A stretch of DNA of 64,000 nt from NCBI GenBank assembly GCA_038235705.1, contig JBBSTR010000003.1, positions 10,650 to 74,649 on the forward strand. Reading direction: 5' to 3'. The notes below the pieces were generated by a model. It was not told where the DNA came from and ran no database searches. It saw only the letters and a program-made list of their open reading frames with translations. This document shows, in pieces, positions 36,011-45,807 of the stretch. The first letter of the stretch is position 1, and each line of letters begins with the position of its first letter. The position numbers and the translations under genes are program-made. This DNA comes from Mycobacteriales bacterium (GTDB taxonomy: Bacteria; Actinomycetota; Actinomycetes; Mycobacteriales; SCTD01).

Positions 36011-37327
36011 GTGCCGACCGCGACGAAGAAGAGCCCGAGCAAGAGCCCCGACCTCACGTTCGAGGTGCACCGGCGGACGCTGGAGAACGGCTTGCGGGTC
36101 GTCGTCAGCCCAGACCCGAGCGCGCCGGTCGTGGCCGTCGCCGTCTACTACGACGTGGGCTTTCGTTCCGAGCCGGCGGGACGCACGGGATTCGCGCACC
36201 TGTTCGAGCACCTGATGTTCCAGGGGAGTGCCAACCTCGGCAAGACCGAGCACTTCACGCAGGTGCAGGGCAACGGAGGCACGCTGAACGGCTCGACCCG
36301 CCTGGACTACACGAACTACTACGAGCTGATGCCGAGCAACGCGCTGGAGCTGGCGCTGTTCCTCGAGGCCGACCGGATGCGCTCGGTCGCCCTCACCCAG
36401 GAGAACCTCGACAACCAGGTTGCCGTCGTCGAGAACGAGATCCGGGTCAACGTGCTGAACCGTCCTTACGGCGGGTTCCCGTGGATCCTGCTGCCACCGG
36501 TGCTGTACGAGGGCTTCGCGAACGCGCACAACGGCTACGGCGACTTCGCCGAGCTGGAGGACGCGACGCTCGTGGACGCGCAGGGCTTCTTCGACCGCTA
36601 CTACGCCCCGGGCAACGCGGTGCTCGTCATCGTCGGTGACGTCACTGCGGACGACGGGCTCGCGATGGCGGAGCGGCAGTTCGGCAGCATCGAGAAGCGG
36701 GAGGTGCCTGCCCGGGGAGAGTTCGCCGAGCCGCCGCCGACCGGCGAGCGCCGGGTGGTGCACGAGGACGCGCTCGCACCCGCGCCGGCCGTCGCGATCG
36801 CCTGGCGGGTGCCGGACCCGGCCGACCTGCAGAGCTATCTGCCGTACGTCGTGCTTGCCGAGGTGCTCACCGACGGCGACGCCTCCCGGCTGCAGGAGCG
36901 GCTGCTGATGAACGACCGCACCGCGACCAGCATCGGCGGCTACCTCGGGATCATGGGCGACCCGCTGGACGCCCGTGACCCCACGCCGTTCATCGTCGAG
37001 GTCCACCACGCGGCCGAGGTGGACGTGGACACGGTCCTGGCCACCGTCGACGCCGAGCTGGCCCGGCTCGCGACGCACGGCCTCGAGCAGCAGGAGCTCG
37101 ACCGCACGGTCGCCCGGATGAGCGCGCGCTACCTCCGTGACCTCGACTCGGTGCTCGGCCGGGCGCAGGCGTTCGCGGTGCTGGAGCAACAACGCGGTCG
37201 CGCCGAGCTGGTCAACGAGCTGCCCGGCCTGCTGGCCGCGGTCACGCCGGAGCAGGTGCAGGCCGCGGCCGGCACGCTCGGCGCGGACCGCGCCGTGCTC
37301 GAGCTACGGGCGGGAGCGCAGGCATGA
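36011..37327 (+). CDS. M16 family zinc metallopeptidase (catalytic subunit)
   Basis: Inverted zinc motif HLFEH (HxxEH) within GFAHLFEHLMFQGS. Confidence 0.85.
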   Translation: MPTATKKSPSKSPDLTFEVHRRTLENGLRVVVSPDPSAPVVAVAVYYDVGFRSEPAGRTGFAHLFEHLMFQGSANLGKTEHFTQVQGNGGTLNGSTRLDYTNYYELMPSNALELALFLEADRMRSVALTQENLDNQVAVVENEIRVNVLNRPYGGFPWILLPPVLYEGFANAHNGYGDFAELEDATLVDAQGFFDRYYAPGNAVLVIVGDVTADDGLAMAERQFGSIEKREVPARGEFAEPPPTGERRVVHEDALAPAPAVAIAWRVPDPADLQSYLPYVVLAEVLTDGDASRLQERLLMNDRTATSIGGYLGIMGDPLDARDPTPFIVEVHHAAEVDVDTVLATVDAELARLATHGLEQQELDRTVARMSARYLRDLDSVLGRAQAFAVLEQQRGRAELVNELPGLLAAVTPEQVQAAAGTLGADRAVLELRAGAQA

Positions 37328-38658
37328 GCGCGCCGACCGTTCTCCCCGCGCTCACCAAGGCTCGCAAGCAGCGGCTGCCCACCGTCTCCGAGCGCACTCT
37401 CGACAACGGGCTGCGCGTGCTCGCCGTACGCCGCCCGGGGGTCCCGCTGGTGGAGGCCCGTCTGCGCGTGCCCTTCGCCGGTCCGAGCGGCAAGCGTGCC
37501 GTCGGGTTCACCGCCAAGGCACAGCTGCTCGGCGAGACGATGCTCATGGGCACCGACCGGCGGTCGGCGGCGCAGATCGCGGTCGACCTGCAGTCGCTCG
37601 GCGGGTCGCTGTCGGCGTCGGTCGACGCCGACCGGCTCAGCGTCGGTGCCTCCGCGCTGTCGTCGGGGCTGCCCGCGCTGCTGCAGCTGGTCGGCGAGCT
37701 GCTGACCGGCGCGTCCTACCCGAAGCACGAGGTCGAGGGCGAACGGGACCGGCTGGCGCACGAGCTGACGATCTACCGCAGCCAGCCTGGGGTCATCGCC
37801 CGTGAGGCGCTGCTGGAGCGGCTCTACGGCGACCACCCGTACGGGCACGAGCTGCCCACCAGCGCCGAGGTGGCCGAGGTGCGGCCCGCGGACGTGCGGA
37901 GCCTGCACCGCCGCTACGTCGCCCCGGCCGGCAGCGTGCTGGTCCTGGTGGGCGACCTGTCACCGGCCCGAGCGCTGGCCCAGGTCGAGCAGGCCCTGTC
38001 GGGCTGGCAGACCGAGGGTCGCGACGTCGTCGTGACGGACGTCCCCCGGCGCCGGCCTGGCCCCGCACTGCTCGTCGATCGTCCCGGCGCCGTGCAGACC
38101 TCGCTGCGTCTCGCCGGGCCCGCGCCTCGGCGTACCGACCCGGACCACGCCGCGCTGAGCCTCGCCAACCTGGTCCTCGGCGGCTACTTCTCGTCCCGGT
38201 GGGTGGCGAACATCCGGGAGGACAAGGGCTACACCTACAGCCCGCACTCGGCGGTCGAGCACCCTGCCGGCGGTTCCAGGATCACGTTGGCGACCGACGT
38301 CGCCACCGAGGTGACGGCACCTGCGCTGGTCGAGACGCTGTACGAGCTGGGCCGCGTCGCGAGCCTCCCGGTCAGCCAGGCGGAGCTGGACCGGGCCAGG
38401 CGTTACGCGGTGGGTGCGCTGGCGCTGTCCACCTCGACGCAGGCGGGTCTCGCGGGCACCCTGACGGTGCTCGCCGCCGCCGGGCTCGGCGTCGAGTGGC
38501 TGCGTGAGCACCCGGAGCGGCTGGGGGGCGTCACGGTCGAGCAGGCGCACGAGGCGGCGGCGACCTACCTGGCGCCGACCGCGCTGACGACGGTGCTGGT
38601 CGGCGACGCCGAGCGGGTCGAGCAGCCGCTCCTGGCGGTCACGGCGCTGGAACGATGA
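37324..38658 (+). CDS. M16 family peptidase-like protein lacking HxxEH (non-catalytic partner)
   Basis: ATGA overlap with the upstream gene. M16 fold-like sequence with no HxxEH motif seen. Confidence 0.75.
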   Translation: MSAPTVLPALTKARKQRLPTVSERTLDNGLRVLAVRRPGVPLVEARLRVPFAGPSGKRAVGFTAKAQLLGETMLMGTDRRSAAQIAVDLQSLGGSLSASVDADRLSVGASALSSGLPALLQLVGELLTGASYPKHEVEGERDRLAHELTIYRSQPGVIAREALLERLYGDHPYGHELPTSAEVAEVRPADVRSLHRRYVAPAGSVLVLVGDLSPARALAQVEQALSGWQTEGRDVVVTDVPRRRPGPALLVDRPGAVQTSLRLAGPAPRRTDPDHAALSLANLVLGGYFSSRWVANIREDKGYTYSPHSAVEHPAGGSRITLATDVATEVTAPALVETLYELGRVASLPVSQAELDRARRYAVGALALSTSTQAGLAGTLTVLAAAGLGVEWLREHPERLGGVTVEQAHEAAATYLAPTALTTVLVGDAERVEQPLLAVTALER

Positions 38659-39554
38659 CCGAGCCGGTCCTGTCCCGCGCCACCGTCGACCGGGACGGCC
38701 CCACCCGTGACGACGCGGCTGCGCTCGAGGCCTCCTGGGTCGGCGCGCAGGTCCTCGTGCTGCAGGGGGGTGCAGCGATGGTGGACGGGACCGATCTCGT
38801 CCTCGTCTCGTCGGGGCAGGCGCCCGAGGGCGAGCGGCTCTACCTCGGGCAGCAGGACGGGCAGGCGTTCTTCGCCGTCGTCGGTGACCTGCCGCGACGG
38901 CTCGGTGCCCGTCCGATGGGGCTGCGGGACGTCGGCGCCGCCCTCGGTGACCGGGACGCGGGGCTGCTGGTGCACGCCGTCGCCCTGTCGACGTGGCACG
39001 CCAACCACCCGCGCTGCCCGCGCTGCGGCGCCCCGACCGTCTCGGTTCGCGGCGGCGCGGTGCGACGGTGCTCCGAGGACGGGAGCGAGCACTTCCCCCG
39101 TACGGACCCCGCCATGATCGTGCTCGTGACCGACGGGGCCGACCGGGCCGTGCTGGGACGTCAGGCGATCTGGCCGGAGCGTCGCTTCTCGACGCTGGCC
39201 GGGTTCGTCGAGGCCGGCGAGAGCGCGGAGGCGGCGGTGGTGCGCGAGGTGCGTGAGGAGTCCGGCGTCGAGGTCACGTCGGTGAGCTATCAGGGCAGCC
39301 AGCCCTGGCCGTTCCCGAGCAGCCTGATGCTCGGCTTCCGGGCGACCTGCTCGCCGGACGCCGAGCCCCGCCCGGCCGACGGCGAGCTGGCCGAGGTGCG
39401 GTGGTTCAGCCGTGACGAGCTGGCCGCGGCCGGTGGCTGGGGCGGCGGCAACGGTCCGGTCCTGCTGCCCCCGCCGGTGTCGATCGCCCACCGGCTCATC
39501 ACCGAATGGGTCGCCGAGGCCCGAGACGGCGGAACCGCCCCCGACCGGGACTGA
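38655..39554 (+). CDS. nudC: NAD(+) diphosphatase (NADH pyrophosphatase) NudC
   Basis: ATGA overlap with the upstream gene. Zinc-ribbon CPRCG. Nudix box GFVEAGESAEAAVVREVREESGV. SQPWPFPSS motif. Confidence 0.85.
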   Translation: MTEPVLSRATVDRDGPTRDDAAALEASWVGAQVLVLQGGAAMVDGTDLVLVSSGQAPEGERLYLGQQDGQAFFAVVGDLPRRLGARPMGLRDVGAALGDRDAGLLVHAVALSTWHANHPRCPRCGAPTVSVRGGAVRRCSEDGSEHFPRTDPAMIVLVTDGADRAVLGRQAIWPERRFSTLAGFVEAGESAEAAVVREVREESGVEVTSVSYQGSQPWPFPSSLMLGFRATCSPDAEPRPADGELAEVRWFSRDELAAAGGWGGGNGPVLLPPPVSIAHRLITEWVAEARDGGTAPDRD

Positions 39555-39659
39555 CCCTGGCGAGCGAGCAATCGCTTTCCGCGACCGGAGGCGGATTCCC
39601 GAGGGCGTTCGGCGTACCGTGCGGTCCGAGGAAGCAATCCCTGACATCGGGTGCCCGTC

Positions 39660-42600
39660 ATGTCCGCTTCGATCCAGGTCGACCTGCTGGGTGGGGTCGC
39701 GGTCCGTGGTGCAGACCCGGCGCAGGTTCGTGGCTCCTCCCGAGCGCTGTCTCTGCTCGCCTATCTGGCGGCCCACCCCGACACCGCGCAACCCCGGGCA
39801 CACCTCGCTGGCATGCTGTGGCCGGACTCGTCGCAGTCGCAGGCGCGGACGAACCTGCGTCGCGAGCTGCATCACCTGCGCACCCTGCTGAGGAACAGCC
39901 CCTGCCTCCGCTCCGACGACGGCTCGTTGTGCTGGCACAGCGGGGCCGACGTCGCGGTCGACGTGCCCGACTTCCTCACTGCCTGCCGAGACGTGGACGC
40001 AGCTCTCGCCGCAGACCGGCCCACCGCCGTCGCGGAGCACGGCGATCGAGCACTCACCCTGTTCCGAGGACCGTTCCTGCCCGGCTTCGACGACGACTGG
40101 GTGCTGGAGGTTCGGGAGGAGCTCAGGCGGGCGTGCGTCGACCTCTGCGACCGGATCGCTGCGTTCTGGCTGGACCATGATGACGCGGCCGCCGCCGTGG
40201 GCTTCGCTCGACGCCGCGTCCTGCTGGAACCCTTGGAGGAGCCGGGGCATCGCCTGCTGATGCGGGCGCAGCTCGGGGCGGGGGACCGGGCCGGCGCCAT
40301 GCGCACCTATCACCACTGTGCCTCCTGCTGGAGCGTGAGCTCGGGGTGGGCCCCTCGCCGGAGACACGGGCAGCGCTCGACGCCGCGCTGGTCGATGCCG
40401 GTCGAGAGGCGAGCGCCACCGGAGCCCCCGTGACCAGCGGCCCAGCGCTGTCACGGGCCTCGGAGCTGATCGGCCGGGCACACGAGCAGGCACGGCTCGT
40501 CACCGCGTGGGAAGCACTCCCGGAAGGCGCGGGCTTCGTGGTCGTGACGGGCGAGGCAGGAGTCGGGAAGACCCGCCTGGTGGCCGAGCTCGCCCGCGCG
40601 GTACGGGCCCAGGGTGCCGTGGTCGCGACCACCCGCTGCTTCGCCGCCACGGGCACGGTGCCCCTGGCGCCGGTCGCGGACTGGCTACGGCACCCGCAGC
40701 TGCGCGCAGCCACCAGGACGCTCGAGCCGGTCTGGCAGGCCGAGGTGGCCCGCCTCGTCCCGGAGTCCGGTGACAGCAGCGGCGACGCGCACGCGGGAGG
40801 CCGCGCGAAGGTGGACGCCTGGCAACGGCTGCGCTTCTTCGAGGGCCTGGCCCGGGCCTTGTTCGCCGTCGACCGACCGCTTCTGCTGGTTCTCGACGAT
40901 CTTCAATGGTGCGACAAGGCGACCCTGTCGTGGCTGTCGTTCCTGGTGTCGTGCGCCGGGTCGACGCCACTGTTGATCCTTGCGACGGCACGCGAGGAGG
41001 AGCTGGCCGGGAGCGACCTGGCCGAGACGCTGGACCGGATGCGCGGCGCCGGCGAGGTGGACCTGGTCCGAGTCGACAACCTGTCCACACCGGCTGCGGG
41101 CCAGCTCGCCGAAGCAGTGCTGGGTCAGGCGATCAGCCGGGACGATCTGGGCCTGCTGATGTCGGCGACCGGAGGGAACCCCTTCTACCTGGTCGAGGCG
41201 CTGCGTGAGGCGGCCTCCTCGCCGGGGCGCTTCGAGCCTGCCAGCCTGCAGGGTGTGCTGTGCCGCCGCTTGGCCAGGCTGCCCGACGCGGCGCGCGACC
41301 TGGTGGCCCTGGCCTCGGCGGTCGGCCGCGACTTCACCTGCGACCTGCTGATCGAGGCCTCCGACCTCGACGAGGACACGGTGGTGCTCGTCGTCGACGA
41401 CCTCTGGCGACGGAGGATCCTGGAGGAGCAGGGCCGCGGCTACGACTTTGCCCACGACCTGCTCCGCGAGGCCGCGTACGGGATGCTCAGCCCGGCCCGG
41501 CGCTGGCTCCTGCACCGGCGCCTGGCTCAGGCGCTCGAGCTGCTCTACGCCGACCGTCCCGAGGCCGTCGCCGCTCAGCTCGCCCAGCAGCACGACCGGA
41601 GCGGGCGACCCGAGCGAGCCCTGCGGTACTACGAGCTTGCCGCCCGCCGAGCGACTGCGGTGTTCGCACACGCCGAGAGCGTCCCGCTCTGGCAGCGCTG
41701 CCTGGAGCTGCTCGCCGACCTGCCCGCAGGCAGGGATCGGGACTCACACGAGCTCGCCGTGCTTCAGCAGCTGCTCCCGCCGATGACGGCGTGGCGCGGC
41801 TACGCCTCGGTGACCCTGGAGGCGTACGAGAGAAGAGCCGCGGCGCTCGGCCAGCGGCTCGGGCTCGAAGACGTCCGGTGCACCACGGCGATCGCGTTGT
41901 TCGCCACGACCTTCGTGCAGGGGCACCCGGTGGAGGCCCACGCGTGGGGCCGACAGGCGCTCGCTCTGTCGGACCAGCATCCTGAGCTCGCGGCACAAGC
42001 CCACCTGGCGGTAGCGGGGTCAGGACTGGGGCTCGGGCTCCTGCCGTTGGCCGATGAGCACTTCAGGCTCGCGTGCGGCCTGGCGCGAGACTCCGAGTCG
42101 CTCCCGATCGGGACGCGCACGGGGGTGCACGCCCGCTGCTGGTGGGCTCACGCCCGTTGGCTGCTGGGCGACCAGGCCGGCGCCGTCGCAGCCTGTACGG
42201 ACGCTGTCCGGAACGCGCGGCAGATCGAGCACCCGTACTCGCTGACCGTGGCACTCTCCTACGCCGCGATCACCTGGCAGCTGATCGGCGATCGGCGTCG
42301 GCTCGACGCCGTGCTGGTGGAGCTCACCGGGGTCTGCGAGCGCTACGGCTTCGCCTACTACCGGGAGTGGGCCGCGGTGCTCACGGGGTGGTGCGAGGGC
42401 GGTGACAGCGGGTTGCGCACGGCGCGCCGTGCGGTGGCAGACCTGGAGAGCGAGGGGTCGCTGGCGCGGATGCCGTACTGGCTGTGGTTGGTCGCGGACC
42501 TGCACCGTCGGCAGGGCGACCCCGGGGCCGCGATCGCCACCCTGGACGCCGCCACCTCGCTGGCCGTCGAGCACGAGGACCGTTGGTGGCTGCCCGAGGT

Positions 42601-42742
42601 GCTTCGGACCCGTTCTGTCCTCGACCGGGGGTCGCGCGCGGTGGGGCGGCTGGAGGAAGCGGCCGCCCTGGCGCTCGCCCAGTCGAGCGTGACGCTCGAG
42701 CAACGGTGCCGCTCCGACCTCGCCGCGCGCACCCGGGGCTGA
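39660..42742 (+). pseudogene. AfsR/SARP-type regulator (wHTH-BTAD + P-loop NTPase + TPR) interrupted by a frame change near 40323-40346
   Basis: - ORF A (39651/39660..40433) holds the SARP wHTH and BTAD and turns into nonsense after ...RTYHHCAS.
- ORF B (frame -1; first start GTG 40346..42742) continues the expected sequence LLERELGVGPSPETRAALDAAL.
- ORF B then carries Walker A GEAGVGKT, Walker B LLLVLDDLQW and TPR-like repeats. Confidence 0.7.
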
Positions 42743-42760
42743 GCTACCGCTGCACGCCAG

Positions 42761-42829
42761 CGTTCGGCAGCCGCGGCACACCGCCGAACGGTCGCCGAAC
42801 GCCGCCCGACCTAGCGTCCGGACCGAACG
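42761..42829 (+). promoter_or_regulatory. GCCGAACG repeat cluster (two direct copies 11 bp apart, one inverted copy 22 bp upstream, one copy downstream) around a TAGCGT -10-like hexamer
   Basis: Inverted cgttcggc at 42761-42768. gccgaacg at 42783-42790 and 42794-42801. TAGCGT at 42812-42817. accgaacg at 42822-42829. GAAAGGA SD and ATG 42860 follow. Confidence 0.45.
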
Positions 42830-42859
42830 TCCCCCCCACACCCGAAAGGACGTCCGACC

Positions 42860-44290
42860 ATGACCAGCACCCTGACACCCACCCGGGACAGTGCACCGTA
42901 CGAGGCGCTCTCAGCCCTCACGCGCGGTTCACTGACCCTGCCCGGGGACGCCGGCTACGACGCGGCGCGAGCGGTCTACAACGCGATGATCGACCGTCGT
43001 CCCGCCGCCGTCCTGCGCTGCCGGGACGTCGCCGACGTGGTCGCCGGGGTCCGGTTCGCCACCGCACACGGGCTTGCTCTGGCGGTTCGCGGTGGTGGGC
43101 ACAACGCCGCCGGCCTGGGCGTCGCTGACGACGCCCTGGTCCTGGACCTCGGCGGGATGCGCAGCACCACGGTGGATCCCGCCGCACGCACGGTACGGGT
43201 CGACGGCGGCTGCACCTGGGGCGATGTCGACCACGCCACGGTCGCGTTCGGCATGGCGACGCCCTCAGGGTTCCTGGCCAGCACCGGGGTCGGCGGACTG
43301 ACCCTGGGCGGCGGCATCGGCTACCTCACCCGACGGTTCGGGCTCACGATCGACAACCTTCTCTCGGCCGACGTCGTGCTGGCGGACGGGTCGCTGGTCC
43401 GTGCCGACGCCTCGTCGCACCCCGACCTGTTCTGGGCTCTCCGCGGGGGTGGCGGCAACTTCGGCGTCGTCACCTCCTTCACCTTCCGGTGCCACCGGAT
43501 CGGCGACCACGGGAGGATCTTCGGCGGTCCGGTGTTCTACGACCTCGAGGACACCGGTGCGGTGATGCAGTGGTATCGCGAGCTGCTGCCCAGCCTCCCG
43601 GAGGAGCTCAGCGGCTGGATCGCCATGCTCACCGTCCCGCCGGTGGCTCCGTTCCCGGAGCACCTCTGGGGTCGCAAGGTCTGCGGCATCGTGTGGTGCT
43701 ACACGGGCCCGCTCGCCAAGGCCGAGTCGGTCACCGCGCCCGTCCGCGAGTTCGGCTCCCCGCTGATGGTGGGCCTGCACGAGATGGGTTTCGACGCCCT
43801 CCAACAGGCCTTCGACGGGCTTTACCCCGCCGGGTTGCAGTGGTACTGGCGCTCGGACTTCTGCACCGAGATCAGCGACGCCGCGATCGACGTGCACCGC
43901 AAGTACGGTGCGCTGCTCCCGACCGGGCACTCGACGATGCACATGTACCCGGTCGGTGGGGCAGCCTCCCGAGTGGCCGGCGACGCCACCGCCTTCGCCC
44001 ACCGCGACGGAGGCTGGGCCGCGGTCATCGTGGGCGTCGACCCGGACCCGGCAAATGCGGAGCGCATCTCGGCCTGGGCCAAGGACTACTTCGACGAGCT
44101 GCACCCCTTCGCGGCTGGCGGCACTTACGTGAACTTCTTGATGGCGGAAGGCGCCGACCGGGTCCGCGACTCCTACGGCGCGAACTACCCGCGGCTGACA
44201 GCGATCAAGCGGCGTTATGACCCCGGCAACGTCTTCCGCGTCAACCAGAACATCGCGCCGCAGGAAGTCCCGTCAGCAACCCGACGATGA
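42860..44290 (+). CDS. FAD-linked oxidase with berberine-bridge-enzyme-like C-terminal domain
   Basis: PCMH-type FAD-binding region (GGGHNAAG, GGGNFGVVT) and C-terminal YDPGNVFRVNQNI (BBE domain). Confidence 0.8.
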   Translation: MTSTLTPTRDSAPYEALSALTRGSLTLPGDAGYDAARAVYNAMIDRRPAAVLRCRDVADVVAGVRFATAHGLALAVRGGGHNAAGLGVADDALVLDLGGMRSTTVDPAARTVRVDGGCTWGDVDHATVAFGMATPSGFLASTGVGGLTLGGGIGYLTRRFGLTIDNLLSADVVLADGSLVRADASSHPDLFWALRGGGGNFGVVTSFTFRCHRIGDHGRIFGGPVFYDLEDTGAVMQWYRELLPSLPEELSGWIAMLTVPPVAPFPEHLWGRKVCGIVWCYTGPLAKAESVTAPVREFGSPLMVGLHEMGFDALQQAFDGLYPAGLQWYWRSDFCTEISDAAIDVHRKYGALLPTGHSTMHMYPVGGAASRVAGDATAFAHRDGGWAAVIVGVDPDPANAERISAWAKDYFDELHPFAAGGTYVNFLMAEGADRVRDSYGANYPRLTAIKRRYDPGNVFRVNQNIAPQEVPSATRR

Positions 44291-44318
44291 GCCCCGTGCA
44301 GACGGGTAGCCGAAAGGT

Positions 44319-45227
44319 CTAGACCGGCACGTGACGCGTCAGGAAGTCGAGGATGTCAACCATGGTGCGTCGGAACGGCTCCCCGGTGTAGACCTCAAAG
44401 TGCCCGATCGGGTAGCGGATCACCTCGCCGCGGGGTGCGGCTGCGCCCATCTTCGCGGCCGGCTCCGGTGGGACGGTCTCGTCCTTGTCCGCGACGGTCA
44501 CCAGTAACGGCGCGGCCAGACCGGCGGCCTTGGTGATCGGCCGGTAGGTCCCGACGGTCAGCATCGCCCGCGCCGCCAGCTCGTTGCGCCACAGGCTGCC
44601 CGGCGGGTCGATGCTCAGGAACCCGGGCTCGGCCTCGGGAGCGGTGAGCACCGCCAGGGTGCCGGGCGCGCCGACGCACCTGACATACACCGGCCCGCGC
44701 CCGACCAGGGAGCCAGCCTTGTCGAGCACTGCGCGCGCGGCGATCTGAGCCGTCGTGGCCAGGGGCAAGGAGCTGAGCGTGGCGCGGCCGTCGGCGAACG
44801 GGACCTGCGCGACGACCGCCGCGATCCGGGGGTCCTCCGCGCCGAGGGTCACCGCGTGCCCGCCGCTGAACGAGCTGCCGAACAGCACGACCCGTTCCGG
44901 GTCGACGCCGGCGAGCCCGCGCGCGTAAGCGATGACCGCCCGGTAGTCAGCGAGCTGACGACCGACGTCGAGCAGCTGTCGCGGCTCCCCGTCGCTGGCG
45001 CCGAAGTGGCGGTAGTCGAACAGCAGGACGGCGTACCCGGCCTGCTGGAACGCCTCGGCGTACGCGGGCAGCGCCTGGTCGCGGACCGCCGTGAAACCGT
45101 GCGCCATGACGATGCACGGCTTGCGGCCGGGGCCGTTCGGCAGGTAGCGGTAGACCGACAGGCGGGTGCCGTCCGACAGGACGTTCTCGTCCGTACGTGG
45201 GCTCATGGGCCGACCGTACGCGATCAC
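44319..45227 (-). CDS. Alpha/beta hydrolase (dienelactone-hydrolase-like)
   Basis: 302-aa ORF with elbow-like GSSFSGG. GTG 45227 overlaps the upstream stop (GTGA). Alternative ATG at 45206. Confidence 0.7.
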   Translation of the reverse strand: MIAYGRPMSPRTDENVLSDGTRLSVYRYLPNGPGRKPCIVMAHGFTAVRDQALPAYAEAFQQAGYAVLLFDYRHFGASDGEPRQLLDVGRQLADYRAVIAYARGLAGVDPERVVLFGSSFSGGHAVTLGAEDPRIAAVVAQVPFADGRATLSSLPLATTAQIAARAVLDKAGSLVGRGPVYVRCVGAPGTLAVLTAPEAEPGFLSIDPPGSLWRNELAARAMLTVGTYRPITKAAGLAAPLLVTVADKDETVPPEPAAKMGAAAPRGEVIRYPIGHFEVYTGEPFRRTMVDILDFLTRHVPV

Positions 45228-45802
45228 CGCACGCGAACGGCAGGACGCTCCGGGTCCTCGGCCCGGACCAGCACGTCGGCCACGTCGCCCGGCCGGACCA
45301 GCTCGTCGTAGACCCGGAACGCCTCGTGCTGCCAGCCCGGCACCCCGCGCCGGCCGAGCGCTGCCGGGCTGAGCGAGACGTGGACGGTCAGGTCGGCCGG
45401 TAGACCGACCAGGAACAGCCCGTCCACGAGCACGACGCCGGTCTCGGGCACGTTCACCGCGACCTGACGTGCCGACCGGTCGGTCCCGACGTCCCGCAAC
45501 GCCGGCAGGGCCGACGCGCCGGACGTGAGGACCTCCCGGACCAGGGCACGATCGTCGAGCCAGCCGGTACGGAAGTGCTCGGCGTCCTCCCGCCCGTAGG
45601 TGAAACGCTCGCCGGCGGGCCGCCAGAACCCCTCGGCGTGCACAGTCACCACCGGTCGTCCGGCACCCAGCAGGAGCGGCGTGAGCCCGTCGGACAGCCC
45701 CCGGGCGCCCACTCCGTCGAGCAGCACCCGCGCCCGTGCGGGCAGCTGGAGGACTCGTACCAGCAGATCGGTCAGCAGGGACTGCGGCGTGCGCGGGAGC
45801 AC
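45224..45802 (-). CDS. Nucleoside/nucleotide-kinase-like protein with degenerate P-loop
   Basis: This is the 3' part of track ORF 45224..47299. The expected GxxxxGK[ST] reads LDGVGARGLSD. Start is uncertain (GTG 45802 or CTG 45811, just after the ANTAR gene stop). Confidence 0.45.
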   Translation of the reverse strand: MLPRTPQSLLTDLLVRVLQLPARARVLLDGVGARGLSDGLTPLLLGAGRPVVTVHAEGFWRPAGERFTYGREDAEHFRTGWLDDRALVREVLTSGASALPALRDVGTDRSARQVAVNVPETGVVLVDGLFLVGLPADLTVHVSLSPAALGRRGVPGWQHEAFRVYDELVRPGDVADVLVRAEDPERPAVRVR

Positions 45803-45807
45803 GTCGA

